A stretch of DNA of 64,000 bases from Tubiluchus corallicola (lineage: Eukaryota; Animalia; Priapulida). A program made the position numbers and the translations under genes. Position 1 is the first letter of the stretch, and every line of letters begins with the position of its first letter. Below the pieces are notes generated by a model, which saw only the letters and a list, made by a program, of their open reading frames with translations, was not told where the DNA came from and searched no databases. Where the stretch lies: assembly GCA_030141605.1 (NCBI GenBank), contig JAQGDQ010000424.1, positions 135,964 to 199,963 on the forward strand, read 5' to 3'. Below, piece by piece: positions 13,711 to 26,079 of the stretch.

Positions 13711-13866
13711 GCTGACCACATTTGTTACTCCGTGCTGTGCATCTTTTCCTACGTCGCCGCCGGAACGGACAAGCAGAAGCAAGAAGAGGCCATCTCCAGA
13801 AACAAGGAGGCGTTGAAGGCCAGAATAGAGGGTTCCGTGTCGAGGCCCAAGTTCCCGCAGTATTAG
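13711..13866 (+). CDS. Gene A terminal exon (ADHICYSVLCIFSYVAAGTDK...PKFPQY*)
   Basis: ttcag acceptor, phase 0, continues ...RSAM; GC-rich coding composition; TAG stop. Confidence 0.8.
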   Translation, partial: ADHICYSVLCIFSYVAAGTDKQKQEEAISRNKEALKARIEGSVSRPKFPQY

Positions 13867-13982
13867 TTTGGACGACCTGCAGTATGGCCTACAGGAAGTG
13901 TGGTGAATGAACAACCACGGCTGTTTTCTGTGGTTAAAAAAATCCTTCACATTCCTAGAGTTTTTCGTTGGTAAAATTACAG

Positions 13983-14104
13983 AGGGAGGGAGAGAGAGAG
14001 AGAGAGAGAGAGGGGGGGGAGAGAATTGAAGAAGTAACTATGGTACTGCGAGTGAGATTGTAACTGTGATGTCACTTCCCGTGGAAAATTACAGAGGAAG
14101 AGGC

Positions 14105-14176
<72 letters not shown>

Positions 14177-14240
14177 GAGAGAAATGAAGAAGTAACTATG
14201 GTACTGCGAGTGAGATTGTAACTGTGATGTCACTTCCAGT
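13983..14240. repeat. (GA)n tracts plus a duplicated ~50-bp segment in the gene A 3' region
   Basis: gaagaagtaactatggtactgcgagtgagattgtaactgtgatgtcacttcc occurs twice, each time after a GA run. Confidence 0.9.
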
Positions 14241-14756
14241 GTGATGTCTCCTCCACTGTGATGTCACTTCCCGTAGAAAATTAGCAGCTAATTTGCTATT
14301 GGTTATTCAATTTTGTCCGAGTGAATGACGATCTTTGTTGATCCTCGCCGATTCTACTGCAGTATTTACATCTTATATTGGACCTTAAACATTTGATTAC
14401 TAAGTACCCGGTACTGACGTACCAAATGGGTCTGTGTATTTAACTATGTTACTGACAAACATTCCATAAGTTATATTGTAAGGACTTGCAATACAATACC
14501 ACAAATGTCATTGTTAACCAAAGAGTATATATTAGTACTTGTACTGTGATTACTGTGTAAATTTAAACAAAATGAATCTATCTAGTATTGCTCTGTAGAG
14601 CCTTGTGGAGCCTCAGTTTTATTTATAAAATCTATACATTATTATTGATAATTGGTTACTGGGCGTAGTTGCAATGTTCTCATGATGTTCGAGTATATAT
14701 ATATATATTTTATTATTACTTTTTTGATTCGATGTTATGCTTTCCTCTGCCTATGT

Positions 14757-14762
14757 AATAAA
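14757..14762 (+). terminator. Candidate polyadenylation signal of gene A
   Basis: AATAAA followed by a GT-rich tract; another AATAAA near 14877. Confidence 0.4.
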
Positions 14763-16148
14763 ATTGTTGGTTTGTTTGTATTTTGGCTAATAACTTCCGT
14801 GCAGCGGAAAGATTTGTTAGATGAAATGTTTGGAAATTAAAATGACTAAGTTTTGCTCACAGTAGAACCTTATTAAATAAATTCAACTTGACAAGAATTT
14901 TATATTGAATTACGTTTCTTTTGTCTACTGAAAATGAATTGCACAAGTGGGTTAAAAATGGCTTCTGCTTCAGTTTTACGTGCGTTGGCTTTACGAACAG
15001 TAATTTAAAACCATTTAAGGGTCATAATTATGCTTTGACTTTGCAAAGTAGTGTAGGTGAAATCACCTCTGCATCAGTTTCAAGCATTAACTCTGCAAGT
15101 AGTATCGTAAAGTCGTCTCTCTGCCACGTTCGTGTGCTGACTTTGCAATTTAAAATCATGGCAGTGCCAATTTTTGCATTGACTTTGACCTTTGCACTAC
15201 AGTTGACAAGAATGCTCAGCAGTAACAAGTGAGAGCAACCCGACAGTTAAACTGTGAAAAGAAAGCCAGCGGCTTGTCAGAGCCACTTTCCAACCGAATA
15301 CAAATACAAGATGGCTTCATTGGATTGAACATGCGCTAAGACTACCTCAAGAATCTCTTCTTCGCTTTACGTAAAACTCTTGAAACGACATACATATAAT
15401 GCAAAACGTGACGATTGTTTCGGCTACTGAAGCCATTATTAAACTATAAATGAACCCAAAAAGAAGAATAAATAATACATTAATGATACAAAGGCACAAA
15501 CTGAAACTACAAAACAACAGATTAGAATTTAACCTGCCAAAATAAAGTAGCTTGTGGTGGAAGAGAATTTCTTCCATTACAGCCTAGTTTATTTTGGTCA
15601 ACACAAGTCAGTAACAATATCTAGGCCTATAGTAAACAGCACCAATAGAGCAAGTAGTGCCACACAATTTAGTTACCACCATCATGATCATTACCGTAAT
15701 TAACACAGCTGCCTTCACCATCAACACCAACAGCAAACAATAACGTCAATAACCCCTCTCTCTCAAAACAACAAAAATAATGCAACAATTGGCTTTAAAA
15801 TTAAAGTATTAACAGTTAATATCGTGCATCTAATTTCTAGAATCAGAAATTTTTCCAAGTAAACAGTGATCATACTGATAATTACCTTTTCCCACCTAAG
15901 CTTATAACAAATGTTTCCTGCAAGCCGCCATGTTCGGTGTAAGGTGCACCTGCAATTTAGCAGTTATTGCAGGCGACCACCGCAGTAAAAATTACTGTGT
16001 TATATGCTGTTAGAATGCCTATGAAAAAGAGTGCGTTTTTTAACAGCGCATGGTAAACCCCTGGAACATATTACCAGAACACGTGGTTTTGATTCTGTTG
16101 TGTTTTGTTTCTCTGGGAAGGCTATTGCTAACTTTAAAATAAAGTTAA

Positions 16149-16630
16149 AACACAAGAAAACACTTTACTTACATAAAGCTGAAAAAAATTTGTCTAAAAT
16201 GTTTGTATCGCTGACTGTTTTTGTGCACACGGAGCTTGTGTCAGCAGCACCGCTGTTTAAAACTTGAAAAATCAACCTCTCCAGATCGTTAAGTGCAGCC
16301 ATTTTGACAATAGGTCGCTCGAAACAAGTTTAGATAACATTGCATGAAGTTTGAAAAAAGAATCAGAGTATTCGTAGCAAACACTTCACAAATTGCAAAA
16401 TTACAGCGTGACATCTGAATAAGATTTTTAAAAATACGTTTTTTTCTCCAGTCAGTGGTGCACCCTGGGAAAGGTGACATTTTACCAGTTTATGCGAACA
16501 TTTTAAAATATTAAGAATTTCAATTTCTAATCACATAAGTCTTTCAAACAGGTAAGCATAATGCTAAGTGGTATAATTATGTGTGGAATGTTTTTAGGGA
16601 CATACTGTAAAGTTGCCCTTTCTTCCCCCC
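16149..16630 (-). mobile_element. Kolobok-like family B, old copy (also duplicated at ~21109-21606)
   Basis: Diverged similarity to 32321-32820 and to the reverse complement of 49566-50180. Confidence 0.6.
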
Positions 16631-16673
16631 TAAAAACAATTCGCCGTAGAAAAGAAAATCTTTAATTGCAGCC

Positions 16674-17060
16674 TGTTAAGGCCAGTGTGAACATGACTTA
16701 ATAAATATTAATTTTGTAGCGAAGGTGGCTCCATCTAGCTAGAAAGTTTAAAGTGTGGGCATTGACATAGTTACGTTTTTCATTTATGCTGTGAACATGT
16801 GAGTGAACATGTGTCTTGTACAAGCTAGTGAAATTTTCATTTAGATATATGCCGCAACGATGTAAGTTTACTTCTATTAATTTTTATTTTGATTTATTCA
16901 TTGATTCATTATTCATTAACAATCTAGTTAAATTAGCCAATGTCAGTCACCTTTGCCTTTCTATTTTTTTAAACACTGCAGAAATAAAGATCAGTGGTTT
17001 ATATGAAAATTAAACTGAGACTTTTCAAGTTATCATAAATGCCTCTCAGAGACACTAACA
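16674..17060 (+). mobile_element. Solo-LTR-like insertion (TGTTA...TAACA, 5-bp TSD), possibly BEL/Pao
   Basis: Flanked by cagcc/caacc; absent at the matching site of duplication copy 2; inverted relative at 35190-35599. Confidence 0.7.
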
Positions 17061-17659
17061 CAACCAGTAAAAGGAGGTACTGTAGTACGTAAACACCTTC
17101 TGAGTATTGAAAACTATATTTTGAAATTTTAAAATGGAATGATTTGCTCTGAAAATGTACTTTTTACAAAGCATTTACCCTGGAGGGCTGCCACCCTCCG
17201 TCTCGTATATCTAGGGCGTCAGTGTTTGTTATGAACACTATTGCATTAATCATGCAACCAGCCACGCCCTGTTGTCAGTTATGCATGGACGGAATCTAGG
17301 CAACCAAACGACGTCTAAGCAACTGTTTACGTCAAACCCACAACACGTATACACATTGCGGTAAATTGATTTTCATAACATTACGTTGCTGTAGCGAAAC
17401 TTCGAACACAGAGTACAGTTAGCGAGCGTTATATAAACACATAGGTTGAATGTTGTTGAAACAGCAAGTTTGTCGATAAACGACAGCCACACGAAGTGTG
17501 AATCGAATATTCCTGTTTTACTAATAATGTGATATGAAAATTATTGAAGTTGCAAGCCAGTTTGCTGGCATTATATAAGTGAAACTGCAAGGCGAATTTC
17601 AATACAATAGTCAACAACAATAGACTCTCTACAAGGCTTTGTTGCACACAAGATAGACG

Positions 17660-17822
17660 TGATTGTAGTGATTGGTTCACATGGATTGTGACGTAACACT
17701 TTCACCTACCGCCATTGCTACAGTGCCAATAAATTTCTGATCATAAAGCGACTGTAATTTTCGACCCGCTAAACTCAATCGCGTGAAGTCACTTCCTGCT
17801 CCTGTTCCGGTAATCTTGGATC
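17660..17822 (+). promoter_or_regulatory. Duplicated putative calpain promoter/5'UTR
   Basis: Directly upstream of the ATG; ATTGG, TGACGTAA (CRE-like) and CCAAT motifs are kept in both copies. Confidence 0.4.
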
Positions 17823-18050
17823 ATGGGGTGCGTGGCTTCTTCTTCCACTAAGGTCCGGGAAATATCTCTGGAAAAGCAACCACAACACGAAACAGACAAG
17901 ACTAAGAACAAAAAGAATGTCCAGAAAAGCTCGCAGAACGGTGTGGTGAAAATTGAGGACACGGTTATGACAAAAACCAGCAAAGAACTGGGTTCGTCGG
18001 TACAACAACAACCGTTTGGGGGCATTGGAGACCATAGCCTTGGAGTAACG
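17823..18050 (+). CDS. Duplicate of calpain exon 1; candidate first exon of a calpain-MITD1 chimera
   Basis: MGCVASSST..., 76 codons, phase-0 donor ACG|gtatga (alternative GGA|gtaacg at 18044, also phase 0). Confidence 0.7.
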
Positions 18051-18331
18051 GTATGAGCAAACAAAATGCTTGACTGTCTGACAGTGTGACGGACTGATTA
18101 TCTGATTGACTGACTGGTTGATATTCAGACTAGCTGACTGACTGACTGACTCATTAACTGAGTGACTGACTTACTAACCAACCGACCGACTGAATTGCTT
18201 ACTGACAGACTGACTGTCTGACTGGCTGGCTGACTGACTGACTGACGACTGACTGTCGTTTTTTCATTTAAGCTTTTGCCCCGTCTCTGTTTATTCAATA
18301 GACCTACGTTTATAAATTTTCTTTTTTGCAG

Positions 18332-18964
18332 GAAGGTATTCAACTCCTACTGGATGCAATGCGCAGCTCCTCGGAAGAAAAGCGTAAGAAACTTCGCACT
18401 AAAATATCCGAGTACATGGATCGTGCAGAAGTTATAAAAGCAATGGTGGAAGAAATCAAAGCAAACGGTACTTACCACGAACAAATAAAAATCGAGAACA
18501 ATGCCGTCGGTTTCAGCTATGACCGTTTGTTTGGTCGATTCCTGGACGAAAGCGTGGAGACGGTGGATATCGACGATCCGTACATTCGAGCCGTTCACCA
18601 AATATACAACTTCCTCCGTTTTTGCGAACTGCTCGTGAAAAAGTGTCCTCATTTGAAGCGCATTCAGTTGATAACCGGTCAAGACCAGTACAAACAGCAC
18701 GAGAAACTGCAAGAACTAGCGCTGAGTCTGGCAGACGAGGGCGTAAAGTTGATCGTTCAGTATTCCAAAACCATTCACGATCGCGAGATTCGGTTAAACA
18801 CGGGTTGGATAATCAAACTCGGGCGCGGTTTGGACATTTACAAAGCCCCTCCCGGAAAGTTTAGCCTCGGATATTGTGACTACGAGTTGAGAAGATGTCA
18901 CGAGACCACAGTTGACATATTCCATCAGAAAGGCAAGCAGAAGAGTGTGGCGTTTGTGGAATAA
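18332..18964 (+). CDS. MITD1: MIT domain-containing protein 1 (partial MIT + PLD-like C-terminal domain), one exon lacking the N-terminus
   Basis: EGIQLLL..., [35 protein letters not shown] and [10 protein letters not shown] match MITD1; ttttgcag acceptor, phase 0, intact to stop. Confidence 0.93.
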   Translation, partial: EGIQLLLDAMRSSSEEKRKKLRTKISEYMDRAEVIKAMVEEIKANGTYHEQIKIENNAVGFSYDRLFGRFLDESVETVDIDDPYIRAVHQIYNFLRFCELLVKKCPHLKRIQLITGQDQYKQHEKLQELALSLADEGVKLIVQYSKTIHDREIRLNTGWIIKLGRGLDIYKAPPGKFSLGYCDYELRRCHETTVDIFHQKGKQKSVAFVE

Positions 18965-19682
18965 ATCGACCCAGACGACCATTGTAAATCTTCTGTTGCA
19001 TGAATAATTTACATTCCGATAACACTACTCGAATGGTGTCATTCCATGTTATCCACACGTTTAAAAATTTTTAATAAGTTGCTTTACTACAGCAGCTTTA
19101 CACTTATGCTTTTAATTGTTCGTTTAGTATTGATGATGCAAAATCGTTTGAAGTCGAGTGTTCACCATAGATTTAAATTCCACCCGTGCTCAAACAATGG
19201 CCGCCATATACTAATTCAAATTCAAATTGGTTATTCAATTTTGTCCGAGTGAATGACGATCTTTGTTGATCCTCGCCGATTCTACTGCAGTATTTACATC
19301 TTATATTGGACCATAAACATTTGATTACTAAGTACCCGGTACTGACGTACCAAATGGGTCTGTGTATTTAACTATGTTATTGACAAACATTCCGTAAGTT
19401 ATATTGTGAGGACTTGCAATACAATACCACAAATGTCATTGTTAACCAAAGAGTATATATTAGTACTTGTACTGTGATTACTGTGTAAATTTAAACAAAA
19501 TGAATCTATCTAGTATTGCTCTGTAGAGCCTTGTGGAGCCTCAGTTTTATTTATAAAATCTATACATTATTATTGATAATTGGTTACTGGGCGTAGTTGC
19601 AATGTTCTCATGATGTTCGAGTATATATATATATTTTATTATTACTTTTTTGATTCGATGTTATGCTTTCCTCTGCCTATGT

Positions 19683-19688
19683 AATAAA
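19683..19688 (+). terminator. Candidate polyadenylation signal downstream of the MITD1 exon
   Basis: Duplicate of the AATAAA at 14757. Confidence 0.4.
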
Positions 19689-22407
19689 ATTGTTGGTTTG
19701 TTTGTATTTTGGCTAATAACTTCCGTGCAGCGGAAAGATTTGTTAGATGAAATGTTTGGAAATTAAAATGACTAAGTTTTGCTCACAATAGAACCTTATT
19801 AAATAAATTCAACTTGACAAGAATTTTATATTGAATTACGTTTCTTTTGTCTACTGAAAATGAATTGCACAAGTAGGCTACATGGGTTCTGCTTCAGTTT
19901 TACGTGCGTTGGCTTTACGAACAGTAATTTAAAACCGTTTGTGTGTCATAATTATGCTTTGACTTTGCAAAGTAGTGTAGGTGAAATCACCTCTGCATCA
20001 GTTTCAAGCATTGACTCTGCAAGTAGTATCGTAAAGTCGTCTCTCTGCCACTTTCGTGTGCTGACTTTGCAATTTAAAATCATGGCAGTGCCAATTTTTG
20101 CATTGACTTTCACCTTTGCACTACAGTTGATAAGCATGCTCAGCAGTAACAAGTGAGAGCAACCCGACAGTTAAACTGTCAAAAGAAAGCCAGCGGCTTA
20201 TCAGAGCCACTTCCCAACCGAATACAAATACAAGATGGCTTCTTTGGATTAGACAAGCGCTAAGACTACCTCAAGAGTCTCCTCTTCGTATAGCTTTACG
20301 TAAAACTCTCGAAACGACAAAAACACCAAGACGGGGTCAGCTAATGACGTACATACATATAATGCAAAAACTGACGATCGTTTCGGCTACTGAAGCCATT
20401 ATTAAACTATAAATGAAGCCAAAAAGAAAAATAAATAATACATTAATGATGCGAAGACACAAACTGAAACTACAAAACACGAATAGGAATTTAACCAGCC
20501 AAAATAAACTAGCTTGTGACGGAAGAGAATTTCTTCCATTACAGCCTAGTTTGTTTTGGTCAACATGAGTCAATAACAATATCTAGGCCTGTAGTAAACA
20601 GCACCAATAGAGCAAGCAGTGCCACACAATTTAGTTACCACCATCATGATCATTACCGTATTTAACACAGCTGCCTTCACCAGCAACAGCAACAGCAAAC
20701 AATAACGCCAATAACCCCTCTCTCTCAAAACAAAAATAATTCAACAATTGGTTTTAAAATTAAAGTATTAACGGTTAACATCGTGCATCTAATTTGTAGA
20801 ATCAGAAATTTTTCCAAGTAAACAGTGATCATACTGGTTAATTACCTTTTCCCACCTAAGCTTATAACAAATGTTTCCTGCAAGCCGCCATGTTCGGTGT
20901 AAGGTGCACCTGCAATTTAGCAGTTATTGCAGGCGACCACCGCAGTAAAAATTACTGTGTTATATGCTGTTAGAAAGCCTATGAAAAAGAGTGCGTTTTT
21001 TAACAGCGCATGGTAAACCCCTGGAACATATTACCGGAACACGTGGTTTTGATTCTGTTGTGTTTTGTTTCTCTGGGAAGGCTATTGCTAACTTTAAAAT
21101 AAAGTTAAAACACAAGAAAACACTTTACTTACATAAAGCTGAAAAAAATTCGTCTAAAATGTTTGTATCGCTTACTGTTTTATTGCACACGGAGCTTGTG
21201 TCAGCAGCACTGCTGTTTAAAACTTGAAAAATTAACCTCTCCAGATCGTTAAGTGCAGCCATTTTGACGGTAAGTCGCTCGAAACAAGTTTAGATAACAT
21301 TGCATGAAGTTTCAGAGAATCAAAAAAGAATCAGAGTATTCGTAGCAAACACTTCACAAATTGCAAAATTATAAATTACAATGTGTCATGTGCATAAGAT
21401 TTCTAAAAATACGTTTTTATGTCGAGTCAGTGGTGCACCCTGGGAAAGGTGACATTTTACCAGTTTGTGCGAACATTTTAAAATATTAAGAATTTCAATT
21501 TCTAATCACATAAGTCTTTCAAACAGGTAAGCGTAATGCTAAGTGATATAATTTTGTGTGGAATGTTGTTTTGGGACAGACTGTAAAGTTGCCCTTTCTT
21601 CCCTTCTAAAAACAATTTGCCTTACAAAAGAAAATCTTTAATTGCAGCCAGTAAAAAGAGGTACTGCAGTACGTAAGCACCTCCTGAGTATTGAAAACTA
21701 TATTTTGAAATTTTAAAATGGAATGATTTGCTCTGAAAATGTACTTTTTACAAAGCATTTACCCTGGAGGGCTGCCACCCTCCATCTCGTATACCTAGGG
21801 CGTCAGTGTTTGTTATGAACACTATTGCATTAATCATGTAACCAGCCACGCCCTGTTGTCAGTTATGCACGGACGGAATCTAGGCAACCAAACGACGTCT
21901 AAGCAACTGTTTATGTCAAACCCACAACACGTATACACATTGCGGTAAATTGATTTTCATAACATTACGTTGCTGTAGCGAAACTTCGAACACAGAGTAC
22001 AGTTAGCGAGCGTTATTTAAACACATAGGTGAATGTTGTTGAAACAGCAAGTTTGTCGATAAACGACAGCCACACGAAGTGTGAATCGAATATTCCTGTT
22101 TTACTAATAATGTGATATGAAAATTAATGAAGTTGCAAGCCAGTTTGCTGGCATTATATAAGTGAAACTGCAAGGCGAATTTCAATACAATAATCAACAA
22201 CAATAGAATCTCTCTCTGCAAGGCTACAAGATAGACGTGATTGTAGTGATTGGTACTTATGGATTGTGACGTAACACTTTCACCTACCGCCATTGCTACA
22301 GCGCCAATTAGCAATAAATTTCTGATCATAAAGCGACTGTAATTTTCGACCCGCTAAACTCAATCGCGTGAAGTCACTTCCTGCTCCTGTTCCGGTAATC
22401 TTGGATC

Positions 22408-22635
22408 ATGGGATGCGTGGCTTCTTCTTCCACTAACGTCAGGGAAATATCTCTGGAAAAACAACCACAACACGAAACAGACAAGAATAAGAACAAAAAT
22501 AATGTCCAGAAAAGTTCGCAGAATGGTGTGGTGAAAATTGAGGACACGGTTATGGTAAAAACCAGCAAAGAACTGGGTTCGTCGGTACAACAGCAACCGT
22601 TTGGGGGTATTGGAGACCATAGCCTTGGAGTAACG
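22408..22635 (+). CDS. Calpain exon 1 (N-terminal MGCVASSS acylation motif)
   Basis: ATG, 76 codons; the phase-0 donor joins the phase-0 exon at 24661. Confidence 0.8.
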
Positions 22636-23495
22636 GTATGAGCAAACAAAATGCTTGACTGTCTGACAGTGTGACGGACCGATTATCTGATTGACTGACT
22701 GGTTGATATTCAGACTAGCTGACTGACTGACTGACTCATTAACTGAGTGACTGACTTACTAACCAACCGACCGACTGAATTGCTTACTGACAGACTGACT
22801 GTCTGACTGGCTGGCTGACTGACTGACTGACTGACGACTGACTGACTGACTGACTAATTGGCTGGCTGGCTGGCTCACTGACTGATTTGATTTGATTTAA
22901 ATCTTTAGTGCAAACTCTAGGTTCATATATACAAAAATACATTCAGGACAAAAAATAACATACAACAGTTATAAATATTTACAATTATAATGACTTAGTT
23001 AATTGACTATTGTTAATTGACTTGTTAATTAGTTAACTGACTGACTGACTGACAGACTGACTGAATGAATGAATGTATGAGCGAATGAATGAATGAATGG
23101 CTAACTGAGTTGTTAAGACTTGCCACCTTCTGAACTCTTGTAAACAGGTGATAAACAGCTACCTCCATTAGTGATGAACAGCAAATTAGAAAGAAAATTT
23201 TAGCTCTACAATAAAAACTCTGCAAAAGGAACTTTAATACTGATTGTCGATTACTAGATTAAATGAAATAAGTTTACTTAAAAAAAACTCTACAGTATTA
23301 GGGAATCACAGCATAAATTTGACTGTTCATGTAAATACTAAAATAACCACAACAATTAAAGAGAAATCGAAGCGATTTTTTTGCCTTAAAAAGCATGAAT
23401 TATTTAAATGCTTAACAAACGTGTCAGTAGTTTCTCGAGCACCTATGATTTACAGGCTAATAAATTCGTTTAGACCAACTATGTATATTGTGGCC

Positions 23496-23848
23496 AGGGG
23501 CGTAACTAGGGTAACTAGCCTAGGGCGCCAAAGTTTGAGGGGCGTCACATTTTAGAAAAAAGTCTTATTTCTCTTCAGAAAATGTATATATATATTTTCA
23601 TATTCATGTAAAGGACACTTTTTTATAACACACCACAGGCAGTTACTGAGCTCAACTTTTATATAAGAACCACATAACGATTAAGTGAAAGGTAGTACAC
23701 AACAAACAGTTGCATAGCCTGCTTAAATATAAGCGCTATGCAAATATACGTAACCACCACAAGTGGTTGCTTATTGTACTCATTACATAAACAAACATAA
23801 ATTCACAATAGAGATGGGATTATCTGCCTAGGGTGATACGCCCTTGGC
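23496..23848. mobile_element. hAT-like MITE (inverted relative at ~29344-29758)
   Basis: caggggcgtaac / gatacgcccttg TIR; gcgccaaagtttgagggg...cacattttagaaaaaa is shared with the 29.7-kb copy; no clear TSD. Confidence 0.5.
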
Positions 23849-24660
23849 ATGTTTTTGTTGTGACCGGGTTTATGTGTAAAAGTGAACTCTATCTGAAATG
23901 TTGACATCTTTTCAAAAATGACTTTCTATTCTGCTTTGAATTCTATTGTTTCACAATGGCTCCTTAACGATGTCACGCCATAATTATAACGCCTGGTACA
24001 CCACAATCCCACTCCTGCAATTCTGTAGATCGATTATCGCAGATCAATGTTGTACCTTAGCGACAAAATTTGCCCTTTTTCCACAGACCTACAAATGTTC
24101 ATATGCGAAGAACCGACAGCTTAAACAGAATAAGAAATCGTTTGCGTGAGACTCGGTCAGTTAGGCAAAACTAGGCCTACAACGTGCAGATGAATGATGA
24201 AACAAGCAGAGACAGACATGCAGCCAACCATCCAGCCAGTCAGCGAGATAGAAAGACAGGTCGATAAATACACAGACAGGCAGATAGATTTAATCTGATT
24301 TAGTATTTTACTTCAAACTTCACAAAGTTCATATACATATCACAAATTAATACAAATAACGCAATAAATCATGACACATAATAATAACACAAATAACAAT
24401 TAACGATATTACAAACTACGCCAATGACGTCTAATTACAAAAGTAAAGTTTATACCACTGTTTAAAATGTTCTTGCATATAAACTGTATGCACATTTTCT
24501 GTGAATCACATCAAAATAAATAATATTATATATAATATAAATAAAAGACAGACAGACAGTCACACAGGCACAAAGACAGACAAACAGGCAGAAAGACAGA
24601 CAAAAACAAATCTTCTTGTAATCCTTTTCCTCGACTAAATTATCCTATTCATGTTTTCAG

Positions 24661-24804
24661 AAAGACAAAAATCGCCTCATTAAAGAAATTGGGAAACTGG
24701 GATATGGGGAGGTGTGGAACGACGCAGACTTTGCAGCTGATGATCGCGCCCTCTATTACAGTAGCACGTCTGTTCCGGAGAATGTAAAATGGTTACGACC
24801 AAAG
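24661..24804 (+). CDS. Calpain exon 2 (KDKNRLI...WNDADFAADDRALYY...KWLRPK)
   Basis: ttttcag / gttagt; start of the CysPc domain; 144 nt. Confidence 0.9.
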
Positions 24805-25232
24805 GTTAGTATTACAGTAGGCGCAGCTTAATAGACTCACGGTTAATAGACTCAATCGCTTAATTGACCCAAAAACGCCTATTAAGGGCCGCTTCTATTC
24901 GAATGTATATAAAAACTGTCGGTAATTGACTCAAATAACTCCGTATAACTGACTCGATATTTTTGTTTCACATGCTTCAATAAGACACTTTCGTGTGACC
25001 AACAAGCTTTTATGACTTTTATATCATCTTAGGTCGCTTTTGTCCTATAATATACATAGAAACAATCATGTTAAGTACCGTTTTGTCTGTAAGCAGGAAC
25101 GTTTATCATACGCTAATTATGATAGCCTAATGGTTTGCTTTGACCTGTCCGTCCACTGCAATTAACCTCGTTACCCAAGAATTCCTGGAAGCGGGACAGA
25201 CAGAGAGAGAGAGAAGAAGAGAGAGAGAGACG

Positions 25233-25277
<45 letters not shown>

Positions 25278-25380
25278 TGGGGAGTGAGCAAAGTAAGAAA
25301 AAGAAGGAAAGAAGGGGAAAATAACAAATAGATAAAAGGATTAAGGAGAGGCAAAGTGGAGAGAAATAGGAGACACGTAC

Positions 25381-25548
25381 TTGCATCGTTCCATTCTCTA
25401 GACTTCAGTTGAAGTGTGCTAGTCTTTATTTCAGCGAAGGCATAGTAAATGTGTGTACACAGTGATGGATCAATATTAGACGGTTGAAATTTTCCAATGC
25501 CTGGTCTATACTGTGACCAGTTTGTAAAATAACACCCTACAATCTTAC
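25381..25548 (-). pseudogene. Inverted copy of GH18 chitinase exon 2 (in a ~25196-25815 block matching ~44785-45670)
   Basis: Same peptide as 45053-45220 with both splice sites intact; no other minus-strand chitinase exons seen. Confidence 0.85.
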
Positions 25549-26079
25549 CTGAAAAAAACAAAAATTATATCAATCTCATCAAGTGGCCAGTATCTTGGTA
25601 AACGTATATACTAATAATGCCTGCAAACCAAAACCGTCCATAAGTCGGAATAGTCAAAACTGTGTCATGATGCTTCAAGGTAGAAAGTACCAAAAAAAAT
25701 TTCAAATGTCATTTTTCGTTTTTAATAAAAAGCAACACTAAATATATTGGACTTTTATATTCTAGCATCAAATTATCAGAAAGTGTTCAAAAATATTAGA
25801 AATTAAATTTTATAAATTTTATAAGTGTTTTATTGAATAACAAAACATGTTAAATTACTGACCACAATTGACCAGGTGTGTATAAATAAATCAAATCAAC
25901 TAGGCAAAAAAAGAAACCCCTGTTATTCCACTTATATTCTTCTTAATCTTGTACACGTTACGTGAAGAATAGTAGTTACTGATCTCACATTAAGCATAAG
26001 TAACAAGGATGATATTAGTGGACAGATCTATGTGTTGCAATCCCAATGCATGTAACTGAAATTACATTGATTACTTTAG

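Larger units (their letters stand above)
14298..18255 (+). repeat. Segmental duplication copy 1 (3'UTR-like region, intergenic DNA, calpain promoter, exon 1, start of intron 1)
   Basis: Co-linear with 19226-22844; starts attggttattcaattttgtccg and ends in a (GACT)n tract. Confidence 0.97.
19226..22844 (+). repeat. Segmental duplication copy 2
   Basis: Co-linear with 14298-18255, without the 387-bp insertion. Confidence 0.97.

Noticed and set aside
17775-18064. Minus-strand ORFs over calpain exon 1 (also 22360-22649)
   Set aside because: Antisense shadows of the + strand exon; conserved only because of the duplication.
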